From the NCBI GenBank assembly GCA_018674175.1, contig JABHAT010000007.1, positions 53,915-117,914 of the forward strand: a stretch of DNA of 64,000 nt, read 5' to 3'. Source of the DNA: Gammaproteobacteria bacterium (GTDB lineage: Bacteria; Pseudomonadota; Gammaproteobacteria; Poriferisulfidales; GCA-002705445). The notes beneath the pieces are model-generated. The model searched no databases. It had not been told where the DNA came from and was given only the letters and a program-made list of their open reading frames with translations. This document shows, piece after piece, positions 10,912 to 19,869 of the stretch; the first letter of the stretch is position 1; every line of letters begins with the position of its first letter. Both the position numbers and the translations under genes were made by a program.

Positions 10912-12281
10912 ATAGATTTGTTTGGATTTAGTATATTTTTTGGGTCGAACTGCTTTTTTATATCATTCATGAGCGATAAAGTACCTTTATCAATTTCTTT
11001 ATTAATAAATTCTTTTTTAATAATTCCAATTCCGTGTTCTCCAGATAATGTTCCATCAAGACTTAATACTAAGTCAAATATCTCTTTAAGACATTTCTTT
11101 GAATTATCAGATTTTTTTTCTTTATCAGATTTAAACAAAAGATTTACATGAATATTGCCATTACCGGCATGCCCAAAATTAACTATTTTTATAGAATATT
11201 TTTCTGAAATCTTGTTTAAATTTTTTAATAAAATTGTTAAATTAGAAATTGGAACAACTATGTCTTCATTAATTTTGTAACCACCTATTTCTCTTAAAGC
11301 AGGAGATAAAGATTTTCTAGCAGACCATAAATTTTCTATATCCAAATTGCAGTTTGCAACAGTAATTTCTTTATATTTATTTTTTTTTATCACTTTAATT
11401 ATATTTTCAAGCATTGTATCTATATACTCTTCCTCACCATCAATCTCTAAAAGTATTGCTGAGTTACAATTTTCTTCGTAATGATTTTTTTTAATAGTAT
11501 TTATTAACTTAATAGACTCATTATCTACAAATTCAAGTTTGTACGGTGTTATTGGTTGCGTCATTAAACTTATAATCGTCTCAGATGCATTTTCTACACG
11601 TTCGAATGTAATCTCTATTGTTTTTACAGAATTATTTAGTGGTAAAATTTTTAGTGTTGCTTCTGTTAAAATTCCAAGAACACCCTCTGAGCCAGTAAAT
11701 AATCTTGTTAAGTCAAGCCCAACGACTCCTTTTGATGTTTTTACGCCAGTTTTATGAATTTCTCCCTTACCGGATATAAACTCAAGACCAAGTATATTGT
11801 CTCTAGGTGTTCCATATTTAATAGCTCTAGGGCCCGCTGAATTATTTGCTATATTGCCACCAATAGTAGAGTAATCTTGGCTAGATGGGTCGGGGCCCCA
11901 AAAAAAATTTTGCTTTTTTAAATTTTCCTGTAAGACAGTATTTATAACACCCGGCTCAACAATTGAAAGTCTATTACTAGTATCTATTTTTATAATTTTA
12001 TTCATTTTCTCGAGTGATAAAACAATAGAGTTTTCAATAGGAACAGAACCGCCAGTATTTCCAGTACCTCTTCCTCGAGTTGTTATAGGAATATTATTTT
12101 CAAAACAGTATTTTACAATATTTTTAATTTGACTTTTATGGTTAGCAAATAGAACGCACTCGGGCATAACATGCATTTTACTATTATCATAACCATATGC
12201 CCAACAATCTCCTGGCTCACTAAAAACAAAGTCTTTGGGAAGTATTTTATTAAAGTATTTTATGTGTTTTTTATTTAGCAT
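10908..12281 (-). CDS. FAD-linked oxidase (GlcD / D-lactate dehydrogenase family)
   Basis: 457 aa. FAD-binding loop is TTRGRGTGNTGGSVP, and the C-terminal oxidase domain ends ...GEHGIGIIKKEF...KKQFDPKNILNPNK. No glcE or glcF lies adjacent. Its stop codon overlaps the sspA stop. Confidence 0.8.
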   Translation of the reverse strand: MLNKKHIKYFNKILPKDFVFSEPGDCWAYGYDNSKMHVMPECVLFANHKSQIKNIVKYCFENNIPITTRGRGTGNTGGSVPIENSIVLSLEKMNKIIKIDTSNRLSIVEPGVINTVLQENLKKQNFFWGPDPSSQDYSTIGGNIANNSAGPRAIKYGTPRDNILGLEFISGKGEIHKTGVKTSKGVVGLDLTRLFTGSEGVLGILTEATLKILPLNNSVKTIEITFERVENASETIISLMTQPITPYKLEFVDNESIKLINTIKKNHYEENCNSAILLEIDGEEEYIDTMLENIIKVIKKNKYKEITVANCNLDIENLWSARKSLSPALREIGGYKINEDIVVPISNLTILLKNLNKISEKYSIKIVNFGHAGNGNIHVNLLFKSDKEKKSDNSKKCLKEIFDLVLSLDGTLSGEHGIGIIKKEFINKEIDKGTLSLMNDIKKQFDPKNILNPNKSI

Positions 12282-12284
12282 AAA

Positions 12285-13568
12285 TTAAAAAGAAACTTTT
12301 TTAGCAATGCCATTTTTAAATTTAATAATAATTAAATCTCTTCTTATTTTATTAAACTCATCTAGTTGAAGATAGCCACTACTTCCAGATAAATACTTAT
12401 TTTTAAATAATTTTAGATCATTTATATTACGTATAATTTTTATTGAATCCATTCCTAAAGCAACAAATCTTAGTAAATCTTTTTTTTCTGAACTTTCTAG
12501 AAAAATATTTTTTTCTACTAAATTATTATTATTATATAGCCATGGGATATCACAAAACTTAATATCATTTAAATCTTCATTTATTTCTTTATTATTTACG
12601 CCATTATATATATGCGAGGTAGAGTAAAAAGGAAGATCTTCAGCATAATTAAAATTAAATTGAGGCTTGATAGCTCGCATTTCTTTTGCTGTCCCCACTG
12701 AAAATACCATATCCAAATTGTTTATTATATATGGCCTGTATTGCAATTTAATATTTAAAATATTTTGTATTTTATTTTTTCTCTCAATGCTTTTTTCAAT
12801 TTTTAACAAACTTTTTATTGAATTATTAATTTTTTTATTATCTTCTTCATAGGCAATGACATCAATTATTGTTCCACCAAGTTCTTCAAATCTAAAAGAA
12901 AATGAATTAGCAATTCTTTTACCCCATTTATTATCTGGGAATAATAGTGATGCATTACTATTGCCATCAATGATAGCTTTTTCTGCTATACATATTGCTT
13001 CATCTTCTGGAAGTAATCCGAATTGATAAACAGAATTTAATTTTTCACTAATTTTATCAGAATAGTTGAGTGATAGTATTGGTAGTGAATCTTGACCATA
13101 GCGTGTAATCTTATTAATTAAAGATTTCTGTAAAGGTCCAATAACAAAATCGATATTATTAATAAGCATTTGCGAATAAATATTTTTAAGATTTAAATCG
13201 TCATCCCCAGTATCATAAATAATAATTTTTGGTTTTCTTTCATCTGGAATTATGTTTAATTCTATTTCAATGCCATTGTATATAGATTTACCTATTTTAG
13301 AATATTTACCTGTCATTGGAAGTAGAACAGCTATTTTCTTTATAGTATTTGAATTAGTTAATACTATCGATTCTTTTTCTAAAAGTAGCTCATCTATATT
13401 TATTTGCGAATTACTTTCTGATGATTCAACATTCTCTTTTTTGTCGTAGTCATCTTCTGTTATAATTTTGATATAGTTTGAATTGCAGCCATAAAGCAAT
13501 ATACTAAATGTACCAATTACAATATATTTGGAAAAGTAATTTCTATTTAAAGGTTTAGCGTTTTGCAT
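12285..13568 (-). CDS. lpoA: penicillin-binding protein 1A activator LpoA (LppC family), short form
   Basis: Lipobox is SILLYGC. KIAVLLPMTGKYSKIGKSIYNGIE matches the start of the E. coli LpoA C-terminal binding-protein-like domain. It is divergent from rsmI, as in E. coli and Pseudomonas. It is only 427 aa. Confidence 0.8.
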   Translation of the reverse strand: MQNAKPLNRNYFSKYIVIGTFSILLYGCNSNYIKIITEDDYDKKENVESSESNSQINIDELLLEKESIVLTNSNTIKKIAVLLPMTGKYSKIGKSIYNGIEIELNIIPDERKPKIIIYDTGDDDLNLKNIYSQMLINNIDFVIGPLQKSLINKITRYGQDSLPILSLNYSDKISEKLNSVYQFGLLPEDEAICIAEKAIIDGNSNASLLFPDNKWGKRIANSFSFRFEELGGTIIDVIAYEEDNKKINNSIKSLLKIEKSIERKNKIQNILNIKLQYRPYIINNLDMVFSVGTAKEMRAIKPQFNFNYAEDLPFYSTSHIYNGVNNKEINEDLNDIKFCDIPWLYNNNNLVEKNIFLESSEKKDLLRFVALGMDSIKIIRNINDLKLFKNKYLSGSSGYLQLDEFNKIRRDLIIIKFKNGIAKKVSF

Positions 13569-14438
13569 AATTTTGATAAAAAAAAGCGTAGTAATTACGG
13601 TACATTATATGTTGTTGCGACTCCAATTGGCAATATAAATGATATTACCTATAGGGCGGTAGATATATTATCCAAGGTTTATTTGATAGCAACAGAAGAT
13701 ACCCGTCATAGTAAAAAAATACTAAATTTCTACGGTATAAAGACAAAGCAAATTAGCTACCATAAATATAATGAGAATGAGAGGAGTGAATATTTAATAG
13801 ATTTACTTATTAAAGGAGAAAGTATTGCGCTTATATCAGATGCAGGAACCCCTTCAATATCAGACCCTGGAGATATTCTAATCTCAGAAGCACATAAGAA
13901 AAATATTATGGTTTCGCCAGTGCCTGGAGCATCATCAGTAATATCTGCAATTAGTGCTAGTGGTCAGGCTTCTAATGATTTTAAATTTATTGGTTTTTTG
14001 CCAAAAAAAATATCACAAAAAGTAAATATTTTAAAAAAAAATAATAATAATAATTACTCATTAATTTTTTTTGAGTCGCCAAATAGAGTTTTAAGTACCC
14101 TCGAGGAATTAAAAGTTATATATGATGGAAAAAAAGAATTAATAATAGCTAGAGAAATTACTAAAATTTATGAAGATATAAATATATGCTCAATTAATAA
14201 TTGGATAGAGTATTATAATTTTAATAAAAATGAAAAATTAAAAGGAGAGTTTGTATTTATTATTCCTAAGATCGAGGTTATAGAAAATAGAGTACCTGAC
14301 AGTGAAATAGAAGACTTTATAAAACTGCTACTAGAAAATAATATTTCATATAATGTTTCAGTAAAAGTAGCCTGCAAGCACTTTGAGGTTAAAAAAAACG
14401 TTATATATAAAAAATATATGAATCTTGCAAAAAAATAA
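13563..14438 (+). CDS. rsmI: 16S rRNA (cytidine1402-2'-O)-methyltransferase
   Basis: GTLYVVATPIGNINDITYRA compared with E. coli [20 protein letters not shown]; also SDAGTPSISDPG. The only in-frame start after the upstream stop is TTG at 13563. Confidence 0.9.
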   Translation: MHNFDKKKRSNYGTLYVVATPIGNINDITYRAVDILSKVYLIATEDTRHSKKILNFYGIKTKQISYHKYNENERSEYLIDLLIKGESIALISDAGTPSISDPGDILISEAHKKNIMVSPVPGASSVISAISASGQASNDFKFIGFLPKKISQKVNILKKNNNNNYSLIFFESPNRVLSTLEELKVIYDGKKELIIAREITKIYEDINICSINNWIEYYNFNKNEKLKGEFVFIIPKIEVIENRVPDSEIEDFIKLLLENNISYNVSVKVACKHFEVKKNVIYKKYMNLAKK

Positions 14439-14457
14439 TATTTAATATCTAATTATG

Positions 14458-14790
14458 TTGAGTCGACTGTGTAATCGCTTTATTTATAAAGAGGAAAGTC
14501 TGGGCTCCATAGAGTAGAGTGCCAGGTAACTCCTGGGAAGTGCGAACTTACGGCAAGTGCAGCAGAAAATAAACCGCAATGTAAATTGTAAGGGTGAAAT
14601 GGCGAGGTAAGAGCTCACCGCAGCAATAGTAATGTTGTTGGCAAGGCAAACCCCACTCGGAGCAAGGCCAAATAGAAAAGCTAAAGTGCTACTCGTGCTG
14701 CTTTTGGGTAGGCTGCTAGATGTGTTTGGCGACAAACATACAAGATTAATGATTACATTCAACAGAACCCAGCTTATAGGTCGGCTCACA
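14458..14790 (+). ncRNA. rnpB: RNase P RNA (bacterial type A); ends approximate
   Basis: Conserved blocks on the + strand are GAGGAAAGTCTGGGCTCCATAGAGTAGAGTGCCAGGTAACTCCTGGG (14491-14537) and ACAGAACCCAGCTTATAGGTCGGCTCA (14762-14788). The 5' GAGTCGAC (14460-14467) pairs with the 3' GTCGGCTC (14780-14787) to close P1. Confidence 0.9.
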
Positions 14791-14918
14791 TATTTCTTAA
14801 AATATAATAATACAAGAACTTAATGTTGTTTCTGAAGTAAAACTTATATACCTATGATTTAAACAACACTTTCATTTTTAATAAATTATTGTAAGTCATT
14901 GACTAATATAGAAAATTC

Positions 14919-14973
14919 TTGACAAAATTTTTTAATGTTGCATTATTGTGGCTAAAAGTGGGTAATTGTGGGG
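14919..14973 (+). promoter_or_regulatory. putative Pmra promoter plus MraZ operator (three GTGG[G/C] direct repeats at 10-bp spacing)
   Basis: TTGACA lies at 14919-14924, followed by a 17-nt spacer counting to the hexamer ATTATT. The extended -10 is TGcATTATT (14939-14947). GTGG repeats then start at 14948, 14958 and 14968, just upstream of the mraZ ATG (14985). This resembles the E. coli MraZ box arrangement of TGGGN repeats with 5-nt spacers. Confidence 0.6.
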
Positions 14974-14984
14974 AAACACAAATA

Positions 14985-15437
14985 ATGTTTAAAGGTATTA
15001 GTAACTTAAGTATAGATGTTAAAGGAAGAGCTTCAATGCCGCAAAGGTATAGAGCAGATTTTTCATTAAAAAATAAATCAAAATTAGTCATAACTGCTGA
15101 TAAAGATAAATGTCTGTTAATTTATACGCAAAGTAATTGGGCAACTATTGAAAAAAAGCTTTCAAACCTTCCTTCTTACAATAAAGAAGCAAGATTCATT
15201 CAAAGATTATTAATTGGTTATGCAACAGAATCAGAAATTGATTCTCAAGGAAGATTTTTAATACCAACGCCTTTAAGAGATTATGCAGGAATTCAAAAGA
15301 AAATAGTTTTACTTGGCCAAGGAAGCAAATTTGAATTATGGTCAGAAAATATATGGAATAAAAATATGAAATCTTGGCTAGTAAGCCAAACAAATGATGA
15401 CTCAAATAATAATGCTCTTAGTGAGCTAAAACTTTAG
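14985..15437 (+). CDS. mraZ: transcriptional regulator MraZ
   Basis: Starts at MFKGISNLSIDVKGRASMPQRYR, the canonical MraZ N-terminus. The ORF-track start at 14919 would run through the promoter and operator. 150 aa. Confidence 0.92.
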   Translation: MFKGISNLSIDVKGRASMPQRYRADFSLKNKSKLVITADKDKCLLIYTQSNWATIEKKLSNLPSYNKEARFIQRLLIGYATESEIDSQGRFLIPTPLRDYAGIQKKIVLLGQGSKFELWSENIWNKNMKSWLVSQTNDDSNNNALSELKL

Positions 15438-15445
15438 GTATCAAT

Positions 15446-16375
15446 ATGAGTTTTTCACACAACCCAGTAATGCTAGAAACATCAATAAATAATTTAAATA
15501 TTATTAAAGATGGAACTTACGTAGATTGCACTTTTGGCAGAGGTGGGCATTCAAAAAATATCTTAGAAAGGATTGGTAAGAACGGTAAGCTTATCGCTAT
15601 AGATAAAGATAACGAAGCAGAAGATTTTGCAAAAGAAAATTTTAATGACGACAGCAGATTTATTTTTGAAAAAAATAATTTTAGTAATATTGTAAATATT
15701 GTTGAGAAACATAATGGAAAAAATAAAGTAAACGGAATTCTTTTGGATTTAGGGGTATCCTCGCCTCAACTAGATAATCCTGAAAGGGGATTTAGTTTTA
15801 TGAAAGAAGGTCCTTTGGATATGAGGATGGATACATCAAGTAAGATGACAGCGCTATTGTGGCTTAAAGAAGCTGATTTAAAAGATATAAGTAGAGTTTT
15901 AAAAATTTATGGTGAGGAAAAATACTCATATAGAATTGCAAGAGCAATAAAAAAATCAATAGAGAAAGATAGCCTGCAGACAACAATTGATTTATCAAAA
16001 GTTATAAGTGAATGCTATCCAAAAAGTATATCAAGTAAAATAAATCCAGCTACTAGAAGCTTTCAGGCAATAAGAATATATATAAATAAAGAGCTACAAG
16101 AACTAGAAAAAATACTTGATGATTGTCTGCAAATAATAGAAATAGGTGGACGATTAGTCGTAATAAGCTTTCATTCCTTAGAAGATAGAATTGTAAAAAA
16201 TTTCATCAATAAACATTCATTAGGAAAAGAAGTAATCAGTAAGTTACCAATCACAAATCTTAGTCAAAATTTAAATCTTAAAAAAATTAAAGTTCCATTA
16301 AAAGCTTCTGATAATGAGATAGATGAAAATATAAGATCTAGAAGTGCAAAAATAAGAGTGGCAGAAAAAATATGA
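15446..16375 (+). CDS. rsmH: 16S rRNA (cytosine1402-N4)-methyltransferase
   Basis: HNPVMLETS...YVDCTFGRGGHS and SFHSLEDRIVK. Second gene of the dcw cluster. Confidence 0.95.
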   Translation: MSFSHNPVMLETSINNLNIIKDGTYVDCTFGRGGHSKNILERIGKNGKLIAIDKDNEAEDFAKENFNDDSRFIFEKNNFSNIVNIVEKHNGKNKVNGILLDLGVSSPQLDNPERGFSFMKEGPLDMRMDTSSKMTALLWLKEADLKDISRVLKIYGEEKYSYRIARAIKKSIEKDSLQTTIDLSKVISECYPKSISSKINPATRSFQAIRIYINKELQELEKILDDCLQIIEIGGRLVVISFHSLEDRIVKNFINKHSLGKEVISKLPITNLSQNLNLKKIKVPLKASDNEIDENIRSRSAKIRVAEKI

Positions 16376-16644
16376 GTAATATAAAAATATACACTATTAA
16401 TTTTTTAATAATTTCAAATATAACATTATCTTTTGGAATTGTATGGATAGAACACCTAACAAGATCGCAGTTTAGAGATTTACAAATTTATTCAAAAAAA
16501 AAGTCTGATTTAAAAAATATATGGAGAAAAGCAAGAATTGACCAAGGAAGATACGCATCACTAAGCAGAATAGAAAAAGAAGCGCAAACTTCATTAAACA
16601 TGTCTTTGCCAAAAAAAAAGGTATTAATAAATATAAATGATTAG
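16372..16644 (+). CDS. ftsL: cell division protein FtsL
   Basis: 90 aa with a single N-terminal TM followed by a coiled region. Lies between rsmH and ftsI, with overlaps on both sides. Confidence 0.8.
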   Translation: MSNIKIYTINFLIISNITLSFGIVWIEHLTRSQFRDLQIYSKKKSDLKNIWRKARIDQGRYASLSRIEKEAQTSLNMSLPKKKVLININD

Positions 16645-18403
16645 TTATTTTAAAAATTTAAAAAGGTCAGATTACATATTATTTCTTGTAATTTTTGTAA
16701 TCTCTATAATTATGATAAGAAGTCTAGATTTGTTGTATATAGAGACTCAAGTATATAAGAGTGAAATTGAAAAAAGAGAGATTAAGTCAGATATTATTCA
16801 GGCAACAAGAGGAACAATAGTAGATAGGAATGGATCTATTTTAGCAGAAAGTATGTTAACTGATACTTTAGGTGTAAAAAGTACAAAAATATTTTTTGAG
16901 GAAAATACAGAAGAAAGTTTAAAAAAATTATGCATTATATTAAATAAAAAATATTCACATTTCGTTCGTGATCTTAAAAATAAAGAAAAGAAAAAATTTA
17001 TCTACATTGGCAGACACTTGTTGCCCAGTACAGTTAAGAAAATATCAGAACTTAACCTAAAGGGAATAGGTTATGAGAAAGAATTCCTGAGATTTTATCC
17101 CGAGGGTGAATCAACAGGAAATTTGATTGGAAACACAAACAAAGAACATATTGGTAAAATTGGTTATGAGGCATCATTTGAGAAACATCTTAAAGAACAA
17201 AATGGAGAAAAAATAGTTAGAAAAGACAGGAACGGTAAAATTGTAGATCATATCAGTCTTATTATTGCACCAAAAGATGGTGATGAATTAAAGTTAACTA
17301 TTGATAAACGCCTGCAATATGTTGCTTATAGAGAAATAAAAAAACAAGCTGAATTAGTAAACGCAAAATCAGGGTCAGTTGTAATACTTGATACCACAAA
17401 TGGAGACATATTAGCTTTAGCTAGTTATCCATCATTTGACCCGAATGATAAAAATTCATATACAACAGAAAAAGAAAGAAATAGAGCAATTATGGATTCT
17501 ATAGAGCCAGCGTCAACAATAAAACCATTTTTAATTGCAGCAGCATTACATTCAGGAAAGCTAGATTTAAAAGATATGTTTGATACTAATCCGGGGTATA
17601 AAAAATTTGGTAGAAAAAAATATAAGGATACAAAAAATAATGGGATAGTAAATTATGAAGATGTACTAATTAAATCAAGTAATATTGGTAGTATCTTAAT
17701 CTCTCAAGAGTTTGATAAAGAAATATATCATGATTTATTAGAGTACGTAGGATTTGGAGAAAAGATAAATATAAACTTTCCTTCAGAGTCAGGGGGCAAG
17801 CTTGATCACCACAGTTATTGGCATGCAACTGATGAAATATCTCATTCTATTGGGTACGCTTTAAAAGTTTCTCCTCTACAGTTAGCAAAAGCTTATAGCA
17901 TAATTGCAAATGAAGGTATCGTAATAAATCCAAGAATTATAAAAAAACAAAGTATACGAAAAGACAAAAAACAAAAATATGAAAAGAGTTTCTCAAAAGT
18001 AAAATATGTACTTGAAAAAGTTGTAGAAGAAGGAAGTGGAAAAAGAGCTTCCGTAAAAGGTTACAGTGTTGGAGGTAAAACAGGTACTGCTGAGAAATAT
18101 ATGGGTGGAAAACAAAAAAAATATAATAAAAAAGAACACACTTCCTTATTTGCAGGAATAATACCTATCATAGAGCCAAAACTAGTTATTGTTGTTGTAA
18201 TAGATGAACCAAAAACCAAACCAAACGAATTTTTTGGTGGCCATATATCAGCTCCTGTATTCAGAAAAGTAGCAGCTGACTCATTAAGAATTTTAAATAT
18301 TAGTCCAGATAAAAAAATGGACTATCAAAAACAAGTTTCAACAATGTTCGAAAATCTAGATAACTACACTTTAAAAACCCCGGAGGTTCCATATGTCTTT
18401 TGA
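16637..18403 (+). CDS. ftsI: peptidoglycan D,D-transpeptidase FtsI (PBP3)
   Basis: 588 aa with an N-terminal TM. Transpeptidase motifs are ASTIKP, SSN and KTGTA. Confidence 0.95.
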   Translation: MISYFKNLKRSDYILFLVIFVISIIMIRSLDLLYIETQVYKSEIEKREIKSDIIQATRGTIVDRNGSILAESMLTDTLGVKSTKIFFEENTEESLKKLCIILNKKYSHFVRDLKNKEKKKFIYIGRHLLPSTVKKISELNLKGIGYEKEFLRFYPEGESTGNLIGNTNKEHIGKIGYEASFEKHLKEQNGEKIVRKDRNGKIVDHISLIIAPKDGDELKLTIDKRLQYVAYREIKKQAELVNAKSGSVVILDTTNGDILALASYPSFDPNDKNSYTTEKERNRAIMDSIEPASTIKPFLIAAALHSGKLDLKDMFDTNPGYKKFGRKKYKDTKNNGIVNYEDVLIKSSNIGSILISQEFDKEIYHDLLEYVGFGEKININFPSESGGKLDHHSYWHATDEISHSIGYALKVSPLQLAKAYSIIANEGIVINPRIIKKQSIRKDKKQKYEKSFSKVKYVLEKVVEEGSGKRASVKGYSVGGKTGTAEKYMGGKQKKYNKKEHTSLFAGIIPIIEPKLVIVVVIDEPKTKPNEFFGGHISAPVFRKVAADSLRILNISPDKKMDYQKQVSTMFENLDNYTLKTPEVPYVF

Positions 18404-19718
18404 ATTAATTGATACTAAAGAGCAGCAAGCTGATATTAAAGTTGTTGGTGTTGGTGGTTGTGGGAATAATGCCATCGAATATATGATTAAAAATAAAGTA
18501 AGCGGTGTTGATTTTATATGTGTTAATACAGACTCCCAAGATCTAAGAAATAATCCTGTAAGCGAGAATAGAAAATGTAATATTGGGCAAAATATTACAA
18601 GAGGTTTAGGGGCTGGGGCAAATCCAGAGATTGGCAGACAGGCTGCGATTGAAGACAGGGATAAGTTGAAAGAAGCAATTGAAAATTGCGATATGTTATT
18701 TATCACAGCAGGTATGGGAGGTGGAACAGGAACAGGAGCATCTCCTGTAATTGCTGAATTAGCAAAAGAATTAGGAATCTTAACTGTTGCTGTAGTCACA
18801 AAACCTTGGAAATACGAAAAGAAAAAGAGAATGAAGAATGCAGAAATTGGAATCGAAGAGTTAAGAAGTAAAGTTGATTCATTGATAATAATACCCAATG
18901 ATAAGTTGTGTGCAGATAAAGATATGCCGTTATCAGAATCTAAGAATCAATCAAATGCAATTCTAGAAAGGGCAGTAGGAGGTATAGCAGAATTAATTAC
19001 AAAACCTGGAGATATAAATTTAGATTTTGCTGATGTTAAGAGTGTAATGTCTAATGCTGGCTCAACAATGATGGGCAGTGGTATAGGAGAAGGTCAAGAT
19101 AGAGCAGAAGATGCAATACTACAAGCAATTGCAAGTCCACTACTAGAAGATGTAGACGTAAAAGATGCTAAGGGTCTATTAATTAACATTACATCAAACG
19201 GTAGTTTAACAACTGGAGAATTTGAGGCTATAGGTGAACACATAGGAAGTTTGGTGGATGAAGATGAAGCTGATGTAATAGTTGGAACAACAGTTGATGA
19301 ATCACTAGAAGATAAAATTAAAGTAACAGTAGTAGCAACTGGTATGAATAATTCTCAGAATAGAGTTGAAAAAACTGCAGAGGGTAAAGTTGATATTATC
19401 TTAGATGATAATTTAATAAAGAAAGAAGCCGAAACATCAATAGCAAATAATGAAAAAGAAGAAATAGAAATTTTAGAAAATTATGCAGATATACCGTTAT
19501 GTAATTTACAGGGAAATGAAGAGTCTATAAATGAAAAGGAAGAAATTTTACCAAGTTATGATAAGCAAGGTGCATATTTGTCTATGGAAGGAATAGAGAA
19601 GAAAAAAGATAAAGCTAAAAGAACAGAGAGTAAAATTGAATACAAAAATGATAGTAATGGTGAGCTAGATCTAGATTATTTAGATATACCAGCTTTTTTA
19701 AGAAAACAATTCGACTAA
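18393..19718 (+). CDS. ftsZ: cell division GTPase FtsZ (non-canonical position in cluster)
   Basis: KVVGVGGCGNNA, the tubulin signature GGGTGTGASPV, NLDFADVKSVM, and the C-terminal peptide DLDYLDIPAFLRKQFD. GGAGG lies 6 nt upstream. The start overlaps the ftsI 3' end by 11 nt. Confidence 0.95.
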   Translation: MSFELIDTKEQQADIKVVGVGGCGNNAIEYMIKNKVSGVDFICVNTDSQDLRNNPVSENRKCNIGQNITRGLGAGANPEIGRQAAIEDRDKLKEAIENCDMLFITAGMGGGTGTGASPVIAELAKELGILTVAVVTKPWKYEKKKRMKNAEIGIEELRSKVDSLIIIPNDKLCADKDMPLSESKNQSNAILERAVGGIAELITKPGDINLDFADVKSVMSNAGSTMMGSGIGEGQDRAEDAILQAIASPLLEDVDVKDAKGLLINITSNGSLTTGEFEAIGEHIGSLVDEDEADVIVGTTVDESLEDKIKVTVVATGMNNSQNRVEKTAEGKVDIILDDNLIKKEAETSIANNEKEEIEILENYADIPLCNLQGNEESINEKEEILPSYDKQGAYLSMEGIEKKKDKAKRTESKIEYKNDSNGELDLDYLDIPAFLRKQFD

Positions 19719-19734
19719 TAAAACAGGAGTAAAA

Positions 19735-19869
19735 ATGAAAAATATAATGTATTACGGAATAATATTTATAGGGTTTACATTGCTAATAGGCTGTAACACA
19801 GTAGACGGAGTAGGGAGAGATATTTCTGCAGCCGCAGAGTGGGTAAGTGGAACAGTGAACGAAGAATAA
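19735..19869 (+). CDS. entericidin A/B-family small lipoprotein (44 aa; below ORF-track cutoff)
   Basis: My translation is MKNIMYYGIIFIGFTLLIGCNTVDGVGRDISAAAEWVSGTVNEE. It has a lipobox (LIGC) followed by NT-x2-G-x-G-x-DI, as in E. coli EcnA and EcnB (GCNTARGFGEDI and ACNTTRGVGEDI). AGGAG lies at 19725-19729. Confidence 0.7.
   Translation: MKNIMYYGIIFIGFTLLIGCNTVDGVGRDISAAAEWVSGTVNEE

Noticed and set aside
14484-14823. Two ORFs (101 aa on the minus strand, 63 aa on the plus strand) in the rsmI-mraZ gap
   Set aside because: Both overlap the RNase P RNA gene, whose conserved P4 and P1 sequence blocks explain this relatively GC-rich stop-free stretch.
14919-14984. ORF-track 5' extensions of mraZ (14919), murE (19839), ftsA (31312), the DUF721-like gene (33969) and rluD (43458)
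   Set aside because: The extensions run through promoter or operator sequence or through neighbouring genes. They also add residues upstream of the conserved N-termini. Internal ATGs at 14985, 19878, 31336, 33900 and 43551 fit the homologues better.
18371-18898. 175-aa ORF antisense to the 5' third of ftsZ
   Set aside because: It lies entirely inside a strongly conserved gene. Its Pro/Thr/Ala-rich translation simply mirrors the Gly-rich GGGTGTG region. There is no SD and no recognisable family. It is a typical shadow ORF.
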